From Intoshia linei (taxonomy: Eukaryota; Animalia; Orthonectida): a stretch of 56,312 nt of DNA. The first letter of the stretch is position 1, and every line of letters begins with the position of its first letter. The stretch covers positions 1-56,312 of the forward strand of contig LWCA01000089.1 in the NCBI GenBank assembly GCA_001642005.1. The letters run 5' to 3'. Positions 25,301 to 39,100 of this stretch are shown here, one piece after another. Under the pieces are notes generated by a model. It ran no database searches and had not been told where the DNA came from. It was given only the letters and a program-made list of their open reading frames with translations. A program made the translations under genes and the position numbers.

Positions 25301-28300
25301 CAATCTAATAATTTCAACATTTTATACAAGGTAAACATTTAAATGATTAAAATATTTATTTTTTAAATTTTGATTCATGAATTAATTCATTTGAATAAGA
25401 ACAGTGACCAATGCATTCCACGTTTTTTAAATATTACATACATTTTCCCACTTTAAGCTAGTGAACAAGTATATTTTCCATATTATAATTTCTATTCTTA
25501 TAAAATGCATTTCCTTTAATTTTGTAAATATGGTTTGAGTTCAATCCAGTTCAGTTTCTACCTAATTTGTAGGCCCGTGGAGAGGGTCATAGGGGACCAC
25601 ATGGCCCAGTCTACTATTTTAATTTATTAATAGGTAATGTTAGAATTTTTTTTGTTTTTGATAATTTTATGATGACTAATGCGATTTCCAACTGTTATTT
25701 TGTATTTTTAGACAATCCACGATCGATTAAATGATGTATAGACAATGTCTATATTCCGTTATGATATTAAAAAAATTTTATATGGTTACTGCAATTTCCA
25801 TCCGACCCGACCCTACTATTAGTTCTTCAGGGCCCTGGTTGGAAGCAATTGCATAGATTTTGGTGAAATATTCAAAAAATCATAGAATACTGATTTCAAA
25901 CTACTTTTACAAAAATGACTACCCTTTTGGAAATAGATTGACGTGACGTGCATCCGTTTATCACGAAATTTATTTTAAGTAACGTAATCACCAATAAATC
26001 AAATAAAAGATTTTATTATTTTAAATATTTTAACTAACACCATTTAATATTGATTGTAAGTCAGATTATCTTTATTTGTTTTTAAATTTAAAATAAATTT
26101 AAATAATAACTAATGAAATCATACAAAACTCAAAGTGCAACTTTATTTTTATTCGAGTATGATATTCTTATTTTTATTATATTAAAAATATTTTTTAAAT
26201 AATTTAACATTAATTACATGTACTTTTTTATAAATACAACATGTATTATTACCGACTTTTTGCGTATTGCTTAAGAAATTACAATCAGGGAATTGCATTT
26301 ACTCCATTTAATTTACAGTTTTGGCTGTAAAGTTTCTAGTTCAACAATTTGTTACGAAATTGTTACTTTTCGATTACAAATCATAACATCAAATGGAAAT
26401 TATAAAATTACTGAAACTTTCAAATTTGAACATCAGAAATTGACCCCTTCCCAGTCAAAAACCAATTTTAGCCATTTATCAATAAATATTTTTGAATTTA
26501 CAAAATGGAAACTAACAATCTTAAATATCGATGATTAGACTCTTCCTTGCCCGATACACTTTTTAGTAAATTCTGTAAAATGATGGATAATTTTCCAACT
26601 TTTAGAGATTGTTAAAATTTTATTGGACTATAATTATTTTTTATGCAAATTTAAACTATTAATCCAGACCCGTGAAGAAGTGGATCTGGCTATTTGGCTT
26701 TACGTATCGATTGCAAAAACTTTTAAGGGCCTATTTTTATTTTTGTGAGCCTCAAGCAGTAGTAGCAAATGGTAGGTTAGTATCAGATCCATGGTACTTT
26801 TTTTAATTAGAACTCAAAAATCGTTAACAATGTCACAAATTGGTCTCTTCATTTTTGCTACTGTTGAATCTTTTTTCCACTAAGTGATTTATACATTTTT
26901 AAGGGGCCCGCGAAAAATTTAGCTTGAAATAGGGGTCCGTTGATTTTTAACTTTAATAACTACTTCTATCCACTTTAATGGAGTAAATGAGTGGTTCTCG
27001 ATTGGGGTCCAGGGGTCTATATGCCTGGGGTTTGTGAGATTCTATAAAATATAAAAAAATTTTTAATATTTATTATAGAGTTGCCACATGTTTGAAATTT
27101 ATCCCAAAGCCTAGACAACCGCTACATTATTATTTAAAAACCCACTTTTATAGGTCCAAAAAAATAAATATTTTGAAATAGGGTCCATACACTATTTGAA
27201 TTGGGAACTACTGGAGTAAATGTATGATCAACTATGGTTAAATTATTAATAATTTATTGATTATTTTAGCTATGATAGATCGTGGAGATTAATTGATTTG
27301 GAGGTATTTTATTAAAAATAAATATATGGATAGAGAACAGCTATAATTTAGCCTATTTTAATTCTTTCTAAAATGAACATAACATATTTCTAATTATGAA
27401 TGATTTATTTCAATTTTATTAATATGTTATTGATAGTTATTATTACACTGATATGGTTCTATATAGGTACATTAGAGAGGAACTGGTCATTTACGGATCG
27501 AAAATAAATACGAAATTTACGGCTGGTACGAGTTGATACGAAAAAACGTAAACCACCGGGTACGTGGTAATAATTTTTTGTGACGTATACGGAGCGTACC
27601 AACCGTAAATAGGGATCTTGATGGTTATAGTCGTAATGATCATTTTGATTAATCCTTCGTTTCAAAAGTCTATATTTTGTAACTTATAATCATTGGCACC
27701 GTTAATTATTTTGATCTCTCCATCAATAGTAAATGAATTTAATTAATATGCTTTAGACTAAAAAAGAATTGTTGCATCAGGAGGGTCATAGTCGTGAAGT
27801 ACATTGTTCAGAATTTCACCCTGATGGTTCCTTGATTTGTACAGGGTACTTTAATATGACAATATAATTTATTTGGTAATTTTAATTTATTTAATTTAGA
27901 AGTTTTGATAGTTACGGAAGACTGTGGGATTTACGAACTGGAAGATGTATAATGTTTTTAGATGGTCATCTTAAGACTATCTTATCCATTGCTATTTCAC
28001 CTAATGGGTACACGTTGGCAACAGGATCTGCTGATAACTTGGTGAAAATCTGGGATTTGCGAAAAAGAAGCAGCATTTATACTATACCCGTTCATAATTC
28101 TAATGTTTCACGTGTTAAATTTTATAGTAACCTTTTTTAATTATTAAATTTATTTATTTAAAGGCTACTTGGGATCATACCTCGTCACATCTTCATACGA
28201 CAAGTCCATGAAGGTAATTTTGTCATTTATTTATATATATTAATTAATATGCGGTTGTGTGAACTAAATCAGTGATTCCCAAAAAAATATATTGTCGATC

Positions 28301-28951
28301 CCCTTAACAGTATACAAATATTTTTAGAGAAGATCAATCAGTACAAAATAGTGAATATGTTTATTATGTTATAACAGCGATTAAAAAATGTTATCTTTTA
28401 ATATTAATATTACTGATTTTATTTTTGTTATAAATCATACTTTAATATAGTTGACACCCTAGTTACTAGGGCCTAGTATACAAACAATTGTAAAGGTATG
28501 ATTGTTCTCTTTTGTTTATATACTTGTTATTGTCTCGTAATGGTTAATAACATTTAAATTTATTATAATCCAAAATTAATCCGAATTTCAAGACTATTAA
28601 TTAAATATCAAATACTAAATCAAATCAATGTTAATGATTCTAATTCAATTTTAAAATTTTTCTTAAATCTGTGGCCCCTCAGACTCTGTAGGCCCCCTGG
28701 TGGGGTCAAACCCCCATTTGGGAACCACTGAACTAAATTACATACATAATTAATTATAATGAATGCATATTTTTGAAATTGATTTGAAATTAACCAAACA
28801 TTAGATATGGAGTGGTAATAATTGGATTTGCCTTCAAGAAATCAATGGACACGAAGACAGAATAATAGATTTTGACATTGCACCCGATGACAAATCTATA
28901 GTTTCCGTTTCTTTTGATCGCACATTTAAAGTTTGGAAACCAATTTTGTGA
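22324..28951 (+). CDS. PRPF4: U4/U6 snRNP protein Prp4 (WD40), multi-exon
   Basis: [33 protein letters not shown] (PRP4 motif), [59 protein letters not shown]. Stop at 28949-28951. Confidence 0.95.
24270..24412. mobile_element. Fold-back MITE remnant in a PRPF4 intron
   Basis: Inverted arms GTGGAC...TTCTAGCTCATTTATTTTG versus CAAAATAAATGAGCTAGAA...GTCCAC. Confidence 0.55.
25570..25837. mobile_element. hAT-like MITE, same family as 38030-38803
   Basis: Ends AGGCCCGTGGAG / CTTCAGGGCCCTG. Internal AATGCGATTTCCAACTGTTATTTT is shared with ~38683. Confidence 0.55.
26989..27213. mobile_element. hAT (Buster/Charlie-type) MITE
   Basis: TIRs GAGTGGTTCTC / GGGAACTACTG. Perfect TSD GAGTAAAT. Confidence 0.75.
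27475..27721. mobile_element. MITE with internal inverted repeats
   Basis: GC/CpG-richer insert with the inverted pair ATTTACGGCTGGTACG / CGTACCAACCGTAAAT and GAGAG...CTCTC ends. Confidence 0.45.
28270..28770. mobile_element. hAT (Buster/Charlie-type) MITE
   Basis: TIRs CAGTGATTCCCAAA / TTTGGGAACCACTG. Perfect TSD AACTAAAT. Confidence 0.8.
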
Positions 28952-30819
28952 TTTATGATGTACATATTAAATTTGTTTATTTTATACTATTATTTATAAT
29001 TTTGGTTTACCTGGTAAATAAAATTATCATTTAAATGAGCTCGGTGGTCAACCGCGTGTAATCGCAACTCGTAAATTTTTTTTGGATAAAATTGTCCTTT
29101 TCATATCCATGATTCTTTTATATTTTTTAAAATTACATTCCTAACTTGATCATTGTATTATGTATTGCTACTATCAGGTCCTACAGGGGTTTCAGATTTA
29201 ATTTACCTGGCGGATCAAATGAGGAAAAAATTATTACGTGTACCACACAACAAAAAGTTTTTTATTTCTTAATTTTGAATATATATCAAAATTGCCAAGC
29301 TCCACGTGTGGTGCATGCGCCATATGATGTCTAGTGGACAATTATTAATTAATTAGTCCCCTGGTGTAATTGAATTTTGATTTATTTATTCTGTAGGTAT
29401 TGTATTGTATTTGTTGTATTTTGAGCCGTTTTGATTGCCGATGAATACCTGAAGTAAACAGGTTAATGTAACATTGTACTTATTAATGTGTTTTAAGAGT
29501 ATTGTAAATCTAAAATTTGTATTATTCTACATCTTTTATTGTTTAATGACAATCTTGTCGTTCTATAAGGTTTTACCAGGAAAAACTCCAAATGTGGGCA
29601 AAAATAAGTGTTTCTGAGCCAAAAAAAAAAATCATGTGATAAATACACTTTATAAATAACTATGTACGTACAATAAAAATAATTACAATTAATATATTTT
29701 AAATGCAATTCATAATCCCATTGCTTTTTGAGTGTTTAATATAGAGAAAATTCCAATTTATATACATGATATATATAAACTTTAATTTTACTTTAAATTT
29801 AAATAATGAATTATTATTTTACATTCAAAATAATAAAACAAAATATACAAATTTTAAGTGTCTACTGTAATATAGTGATGTCATTTATTTTTCATTGGAA
29901 AAACTAAGCTTTGGTGGGTTTACCAGTTGTAAACTTATTATAATAGTATTTTTTATTTTTTTGTTTCTTATTGTTCCCATAAATATTTTTAATATTGTTA
30001 TACTTTAATTAAAAATATTGTCCTCTAGAAACTTCAACGTTTTGAAAACCCTAATTGTACAATTCGTATAAGAGTGTTAAATATATGGAATATTTGTGAA
30101 TTAAAGAATTTGCTACTTAATTAATCTTAAATATAAAATATAGATATTAACTGATTAAGGAATTCAAAAATACCACCTAATTTGCTAATCAAATTAAATT
30201 TTCACGTGATAAAAATATTTTGTACGTCATTGTGTAAATAATTAATTTAAAAAGATTGTTTTAAATCGATATCCACAAAATTGAGAAAAATTCATCATAT
30301 TTAAACTTTTATATCAATACATGAGTGTTTGCAATGTCATTTTCAGATTTCATTCCATTAATGTAATGTATTTCAAATGGAAACTAATTTTTAAAAGGTA
30401 ATTGATTTATAAATATAAACTATGCTTTTAACCCATTCATGTTATAATAAAATTTGTGGTTCTCACCACACACGACAATTCAATTTCAATTGATGCCATC
30501 TCAAATTATTCAATACACTGTACAATTGTGTTATAATATGACTAATGTTACATTAATTTATAAATTTTTTCTCTAAGGACAGATAAAAATAATCTGTCCT
30601 TTTAAATATTTTAAATAAAGATGATAAATTCAAACAATCAAGCTTTAAAAGCATAAATAAACGTTTACAATTATATTTACTGAGTATCACCGATTTTCAA
30701 ACAGTGATATGGTTAAAAGCTTGAGTGTTTATGTCGATAAAACAATTTAAATACTACACTATTTATTGTATTTATATCAGTCTTGTCAATTTAGTCTGAT
30801 GCTTAAATACAATACATAT

Positions 30820-31175
30820 TGTGTAGCAATGAAAAAATTCCAAAGGAATGAATTATATAGATTTTCACACGTATTTCATTATTGGAAATGTGTAGATGTT
30901 CAATGCACATTTTTTTTTGAAATTGTAGGATCAATATTTACGTTTTCAATTTTTTTTATTATTTTTTAAATTCTCAAACTCGTTTGATTTTCAAAAAAAG
31001 GTATATCAAAATAATTGGGTTTTTGAACGTAAGATGTGAGTTTGAGAGGTTGCAATTTATTTTGCTATCACACCGGAAAAAAACTGCAATTAAAATGTGG
31101 ACTTTATAAAATTCTAAGACCGGTAGTTATTAAAATAAACAGAAACACAGACAAAGAATATTATATAAGTAAGGA
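30820..31175 (-). mobile_element. Non-autonomous Helitron family copy (internally deleted)
   Basis: Shares GGAATGAATTATATAGATTTTCA, AACTCGTTTGATTTTCAAAAAAAGG and the TATATAAGTAAGGA terminus with 33467-34662. Confidence 0.65.
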
Positions 31176-32373
31176 TTTTAATGAATTACAATATAATAAT
31201 TGAAAAAACCAACATATAAAGTTGTCCATATCGACTTTTAGGGCCCTGGAGGTCACTAAAAAAATTTAAATTTTGGATAATGGGACCTGAAAATATAAAA
31301 TGTACTATATCTACATAATAACATTTAATATATGACACATGTCAATATTATATTATGATTTTGGCTCCCAACAATGAAAGTGGGAAATTCTTTATTTTAT
31401 GGTGTCATTTTCTTAACACCGGTTAGTTGTTTCATTAATGTCCACGATAAACTTTGTATTAAATGGTTTGTTAACCAAAACAAAATTAAAACCAACAAAC
31501 AACACGTAACTATTATATAAGATGCCGTTAAGTCATTCACATCATATTACAATGACCAATCTGTAGTTTGTGGGATATTTAAATTTTATGTTGTCTTATC
31601 CTTGTGTAATAAATAGATAAAAACAATTATAATAATTTAATATATAACATTTATTGCAACTACTTTACATAATTATTCAAATATGTTGATTTATTGATTA
31701 ATTACTATTTGTCAAGTTGAACAATTTTGGTAATATGGATAATATCCATTGGATATATTTCAATCAAAAAATTGACATTACCTATAGGAAACAACCAATC
31801 ACCTACATGTAAATAAATGGAATCGTGTCATTAAATTGACAGTTTGATCCAATGTAGATATACGATCACAACTATATACCTTATACTGGAACAGTGCTGT
31901 ATAAAAAATTAATTAATACATTTTATGCGGGTCAAATATACAATCGATTCATAAATTAAAACTACCACTGTATCGTGTTTTCGTAGAATTCATAAGTTTA
32001 AGTAGTAAATAGGATGAGTTTGACAAGTATGAGATATAAACGCGACTGAATGTTAAATATTTGCACAATATATCAATAGAAAATTTAACATAAAAAGCAT
32101 TTAGTTAACATATTTCCAATTAAATTGAAAGGGTTAAATCCATACATACATTTATCAAAATTTAGATAAATCAACACTTTAAATTATTAAAATTGTGTTA
32201 TTCAATTAATTAATATTCTTAGTAGAATTGAGATTTAAATAAGTATATTCTCTATTGATTTGAAAATTTATAAAAGTACATTCACTATACTATATGTAAA
32301 ATTATATTATAATATTGATCCATATTTTAGAAAGCAAATAATTGCTAGATAATTGTTACGTTTACATAAAAAA

Positions 32374-35300
32374 ATGGAATTAGACTGTAAAAACCAAACT
32401 TCTTCTAATAATACGTTACCATTTGTAATGAAATATTGCATTACTACAACTAGTTTCATTTCCATTATAATATTCGTCTTCATCTGCATATCTATTATCG
32501 GCAACATTATGGTAAAAATATACTTTATATAGATATAAAAATATTTTTTATATAATTCTTAGATAATCAACACTCTCAATAGTAAACGACGAATGAAAAC
32601 GGTCCGAAACCATATAATTATGTCGTTGGTTGTTGCTGACATTGCGGTAGCCTTGGTGGTTATGCCCCTCTCTTTGCTAAATGAAATTAGTCAGTCTTGG
32701 TTTCTAGGCGTATATTTTTGTGCTTTCTGGTTGTCCATAGATGTAATAGTATGTACCAGTTCCATTTTACATTTAATGTTTCTCGCTTTGGATAGATACT
32801 GGTCAATTACTAATGTCCAATACACCAAGTCTCGACCGATCAAAAAAATTATAACAATGATTAGTGCGAGTTGGGCTCTAGCTGTTTTGATTGCTGTTCC
32901 AATTTACATTGACCTTTTCAATGGAAAACTCAATAGCAGACTAATTGCTTCATCCCAATGTATCATTAGTTCAGGATTACTTTTTACTATCTATTCTACA
33001 GGTGGAGCTTTCTTTCTACCTGTAATTATCATGATTATTTTGTATATAAAAATATTTATTGTGGCAAGGAAATGCATTCGTAAATTAAACACCAAATGTA
33101 ATTCTATTCATACTAAATCAAAAATACATAAAAAGTACACCTCCATGGAATTAAATTCTACCAATAAAGAAAACTCATTATCAGTAAACCATCAAATTAA
33201 AAAAGCATCAACATTTGCAACATCTATTACTTACATGAGTTATGCAAGGCTGGATAGAAAACGAAATTCTGTAAACCCTTGGGTTCGAATTCGTCATGTT
33301 TTAGTAAATTTTAAAATAAAATCGTGTAACAAAAATACTCCAAATGTAGTAAGAATTTCTACATTTCTCAAAAAAGCTCAAAAACGTGAATCTAAAGCTC
33401 GTTTAACCCTGTTAATCATCAGCACAGGTAATTTTAATCTCTTTTAACCGTATAAATTAAAAGTTACTAGCTTGGCTATTTTGTACTACGCACAAACAGT
33501 ACCTAGATCTGCAAAGGCGGACTTATCTAATTTTAACATTAGTTTATTTAGAAACAATTTTAAGCAAAAAATATTTTTTGCAATCATAGATATATAATTT
33601 TGGCTTTACATTTAATTCCAAATAAACTAAGATTGAAGTAATCAAACGTGACTATATCGAGATATCACTGTATAAATTTAAATGTAATCTAACATGATTC
33701 ATTACCAATTTAATGAATAAATAAAAAACCAATAATGTATCAATAATTAACGGAAGCAGCAGTTTAAAAACATATTTCAAATTAATTTTACCAACATTGC
33801 AAAGCATTTTAATAAATACAAAAATTTTTGAGAATTTTTGAGAATTTTTGATAATGAAAAATTGCGTAGCAATGAAAAAAAATCCGAAGGAATGAATTAT
33901 ATAGATTTTCATCCATATTTCTTTATTGGAAATGTGTAGACGTTTAATGCACATTGTTTTTTGAAATTTTAGGATCAATTTTTATAATTATTAATTTTAA
34001 TCGAAATATATTTGGAAAATATTGGTTAATAATATATTAAAAATTATTTTTCACCGGGAATGCGTAGATATTTGGGGTTGAAATTTTGTATTTATATGAA
34101 ATAAAATAAGCTTTATCAGAATAATTTTTTTTTAATTGTAGGACCATTAATTATTTTAAATTTTTTGTTATAATAAAATAGTATAAAAATAAAAAAAAAT
34201 TAATATTAAAGTAACGTTTTGACCGTGAAGGCGTCACTTATTCAGATTGAAATTTTTTGTGTGCCTTAACAGGATACTTAACTGTACCACCTATAATTTC
34301 TAGGATCCTTAAAATTCTAGGGCTGTTTTCATTTAAAAAAAAGGTAATTTGTGGTTTTGGCTTTGAAGATATAATTTTTAAATTTAAAGTTATGCTAATA
34401 CTATGATTTTAAAATCTGTATCATAAGAGTGTATATTTTTTTTAAATTTCGAACTCGTTTGATTTTCAAAAAAAGGATAATTGGGCTTTTGAACGGTAAG
34501 ATCTGATTTTCGGAGGTTCAAATATATATTACTTTCACCCGGAAAAAACTGTAATATAAATGTAAACTTAATAAAATTCTAAGACTGGTAGCTATTGAAA
34601 TAAACAGTAACACACACACATAACACAAACAAAGCGTTATATATACATAATGTAAGTAAGGATAATACCTTATAGTTGTGGTCGTTAAACGTCCGCGTTT
34701 TACATTGTGTAGTTTGTGTCATTTCAAGCTTACGATTCATCATGGAATCATATTCAGATTATTAGATTATTTTAATATTAATTTGATTTCGAGTTTATCC
34801 GACACTAGAGTCGAAAATTCAGTGTTGACTCATTTAAAGTATAATGAAATGATTTCAGATTTTTCACAAGGTTCGAAATTTTACATCTGTTAATTCAGTA
34901 ACGCAGGGTTTCACCATCAGTGGTAGTTAACTATTTTTTATTTGTATTGTATATTTTTAAATTTAAATTAGAATACTCAAATTTTGAATAGACAATTATA
35001 TTATTAGTTTTACATCAGAAATCACTTTTTAAGATAAAATTTTTTAAAAATACGGAAACAATAATTACTATATTGATTCTAAACCAGAGGAGGATTTCAA
35101 TTAGTGTTCCTCGTAATATTCATTTATAATTGATAATCAATAATATAATTGAAAACTTGATCATTATTGTAGGCATAAGATTTGAAAATTAATAATGGTA
35201 CCTCTTTACGTTGGGGAAAATTTTTTTTAAGTAATATAATTATTGCATAATCTCAAATATTGGAACAACGGTACTCACAACATTAAAAATATCACTAACC

Positions 35301-35755
35301 CTATAATGTAATTTAAAATACCCGTAAAATTTGACTTAATAATACTTTATAAATCCATTTAAACTAAATAGTTATATATATTCTGCTACGGATGGATAAT
35401 AAAAATTTTTGATATGAAATTAAAAAATTAAAACTATCTATTTCGTAAATATTATTTGGGAATACTAATATAGAACTATGTACTTTATAAATTATATTTA
35501 GTCTTTCTCGTATGTTGGACACCATTTTTCATGTTAGCTTTAATATCTGGTGTTTGTGCCAAATGCAAAATACCTGAAATAATATATTCAATCTTCTTGT
35601 GGCTCGGATACCTCAATAGCATGATGAATCCCATTATATTTGCAATTTGCAATGAAGAATACCGAACCTCCTTTAAAATCCAACTCAAAAAATTAAATTG
35701 TTTATCAAAAAAATGTATACTGTACCATAAAAAATTAAACATTTTTAATTCTTAA
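32374..35755 (+). CDS. Aminergic class A GPCR, 5-HT1-like serotonin receptor (3 coding exons)
   Basis: TM1 GN, SLVVAD, TM3 DVIVCTSSILHL...DRYWSIT, TM5 TIYSTGGAFFLP, TM6 CWTPFF and TM7 WLGYLNSMMNPIIF. Exons 32374-32511, 32563-33427 and 35502-35755. Confidence 0.85.
33467..34662 (-). mobile_element. Complete non-autonomous Helitron in a GPCR intron
   Basis: The minus strand reads A|TCCTTAC...CTAG|T with no TSD. A subterminal hairpin GTACTGTTTGTGCGTAGTAC lies ~12 nt before CTAG. Confidence 0.75.
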
Positions 35756-36129
35756 TTAATTATTCAATTAAATCAGTATCGAAACGTAATTCCTAAATAT
35801 ATTCATCAATATTGTATAAGTGTGACATTTCAAACTTTACTATTGACCAGGATTATGGATATTATTCAACACTAAATTTTAGACACAACGATTACATTTC
35901 CATTTAATAACATTTTGATATAAATGTATTAAATAATGATTAATATGTAAGATTTAGAAAGTGTAATTAAATGTTTAATGACAATATAAATAAATGAAAT
36001 TAATGGAATTTACATATATAAAGTGGAATGAAAATGCTTTTGAATTTTTTAAAAATATTTATACTTTTTAGTTTTCACGGAGGTGACTTGGTCCCATGTA
36101 AATTTACAAAATTTCATAACAAGGTGTGG

Positions 36130-39100
36130 TTAAATTAAATTGTATTCTTCCAAATTTTTTTGAAGGACAGTGTCTTTAACAGCGGCAAATACGATTCGTA
36201 TATTTTCGGTATCTAATAAGTGTTATTATATTTATACAATTATGTCTGTCCATAAGGGTATGGAGCCTTATGTGAGTAAATGATGCGTGTAAGCTTTTAT
36301 TAAAATATAGTTCTGTTAACTTTTAACTACTACATTTCTGTATTTCTAAAATTGGACGTTTGTCAATGATTTTTGAGAATATTCTGCCATAATTAATTTT
36401 AAATTATACTGAAATTTTAAAAAGGTTATGATGTAGATTCATTAATAAGATATGTATATTTTTATCAGTAAAGTAGACTTGTGAGGACTTATTCAATTAG
36501 TAAATGTTTCATTTTTTAATTTTATAGAACAAATTTGCGAGTCGTAATTTAGTGGCCCTGATCTATACATTGTACACGAAAAAATGATGGAATATTATTT
36601 TTATTTTTTTAATAATAATGAAAAGGGGGACTGTTCAAAAAAACGTTGGGAAACTGCCATATATAGACAACAACAATTACAAGTTAAATGTCTCATAAAT
36701 AATAAAAGCTGAGAATTATTGAGAAATCAACTGAATATATCAACTAAAAAAAAAAAAAAAATTATATTTTATGGGAATAGTACCTCACTTTTGTAATATA
36801 AATTACCTGTAGCGGTGGTAAAATGACTATACAATGTTCTGCTTTCGTCAGTGTTTTCTGATGCATACATTTTTAAAATAAATTCTCTAGCTGCAATATG
36901 ATCACGTTTCGGACCTAAATAAATAATTAAAACTTATTAAAATAATTACAATTAACAATAATTAACAATAATTAAATTTCAATCATTGCGAAAGTGAAAA
37001 TAAAATTTTCAGTTAAACAAAAAATTTCAAATAATTAACGGACCTACAATAAAAAAAAAAGATCAACATTAAGAAAATAGTGGTTTATTTACTTAATTTT
37101 AATTTTATTTTTTGAGGCATTTAAAATATTTATGAAAATTTGTAGGATTGTTCTGTTTTACTTTATTTTTAAGATTATACACTCATTCTCTCTAATAAAT
37201 TAAATAAATGAAATATCAAAATTGTTTTTTAATTTCTTTATACAAATGTTAACAAATTTTAAAATTAACGTGGAATACTTCATTTTAAATTAAAAGGTGA
37301 TGTGACATGACGGATCCACGTGAAACAAGTTTGGGAACCACTCCTTTAAAGAATTGATAATAGTAAATAGTAGCATTTTGAAGTTAGATTTTCTTATTGA
37401 ATTTATTTATTTGGTAGAATAAAAATGTGCTATTTGTACGTAGTACTAAATATTACTCAATACCTACATTAGGGTGTCACATTTATTCGAAAATTTGAGA
37501 ATTCGATGGGCAATTAGCACTAAAAGTGTGTATTTTTAAAATAGAATAATATTTTTAATTTTTTCATAAACTAACTGTTGAATTCAAAATTTTATTTTTA
37601 GTTAGAATAATGGACACATAACAATTATAAATATTATTGACAGTTTAAATATAATAACAACGATTTCAAAAAGAATTTAACCATCAAATCTCTAAAAAAG
37701 GCAAGAATTTTCTTAAATCCCTTTCTTCTTTTTTTACGAGTTTTGGGATAAAATTCTAACAGATTTATTAACGTATAAAAGACCTTCATTGAAGGTGGGT
37801 AATGTAACAAAATTATATAATTTTCGAAGACTAAATGTCATCCTCAATGATGTATATTTTATGATGGAGTCATTTTTTCTCTTTTGTATAAGACGCATAG
37901 CCGAACCTACCATACCCGAGTCCTTTTCCGAATTGAGCATTAAAAATCATATTCATGTTACCAAGTATACCAATTTTGAGTGATAAATTTAAAATATCAA
38001 TTCAAGAAGCCTAGAGAGGTGGTTAGGGCCAGGGCTATGTAGAGGGCTAGGTGTCATATGAGCGAGCCTACAATCATAAGGGCCTACTTTTTAAATGGAT
38101 ATGGTTGGAAAATTTCTTAACCCTTTCAGGGCTGATCCAAGAGGCTAGTTAATGGGGTGTGAGTGAAGAGAGCAATATATTTAACTTTAAAAAATTTAGG
38201 GTGTCTCTTTCAATATCAAGGCGTTTAGTTTGATTTTAAAGCGTCTCTTTTAATTTTATTTAAAGGTTGTTATACAATAGTTTTCAAATTTGCATTTTTT
38301 CGCAAAAATAAAAAAAATGTAATGTTATGTTCCATCTATATTGTTTTAATAAATTAAAACCTTTTCAAATATTTAGAAAATATTAATTAAAAATTTAGGG
38401 GTGCAACTGCACCTTTTGCATCCCCTTGAATCCGCCCTGCCTTTCACTGTCTGTGTATTCAATACTATACACAGCAATTTCACTTGACACGTCTGTGTAT
38501 TCTATGATATACACAGTATAATTTTGAAAAACTCTATTCTTTTATTTTCATACATTTTCACATAGGTAATTTAAAAATAATACATGTTTAAATTAAAAAA
38601 TAAATTCCAGACGTGTTTGTGTGATGCATCATACAATAGTATTAGACAGTAAAAGGGTTAAATATAATAAAATTCGACAACCAATGCGATTTCCAACAGT
38701 TATTTTTAATTTTTAGATAATGAACAATCGATTAAGCAATGGATAGAGGTTTCATTTGTAAAAACAATTTATATGGGCCTACTGCTGGCTCTCTACAGAC
38801 ATGGTTAGAGCTATATGACACATATCGTCTCTAAAAATATATTTAGGGGCTTATTTTTAATTTTCGGTAGTCTTGAGCTGGGTAATTCGGTTTTGGTTAT
38901 TCAGTTCCGTTTTATGCGTACTTTTCAATTACTATGAAATGAAATAAAAAAAGATGTAAAACTATTTTAATAAAGTTGTAATAAAAAATTAATGAATATA
39001 GTGTAACCTGTCCTGAACATACTAATAATCAATAAGATCAAATTAAGCGCGATATTGTTTTCATATTTCATTTATTGAAATTATTTATTTACATTTAATA

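Noticed and set aside
26262-26285. TATTGCTTAAGAA resembling miR-137
   Set aside because: The match stops after 13 nt and there is no complementary arm to form a hairpin.
29100-32300. Short ORFs upstream of the GPCR and within large introns
   Set aside because: AT-rich F/I/K/N-biased chance ORFs overlapping repeats, with no protein motifs or consistent exon chain.
36945-36975. Short tandem repeat AATTAACAAT x2-3
   Set aside because: Low-complexity slippage, with no spacer structure or CRISPR-like organisation.
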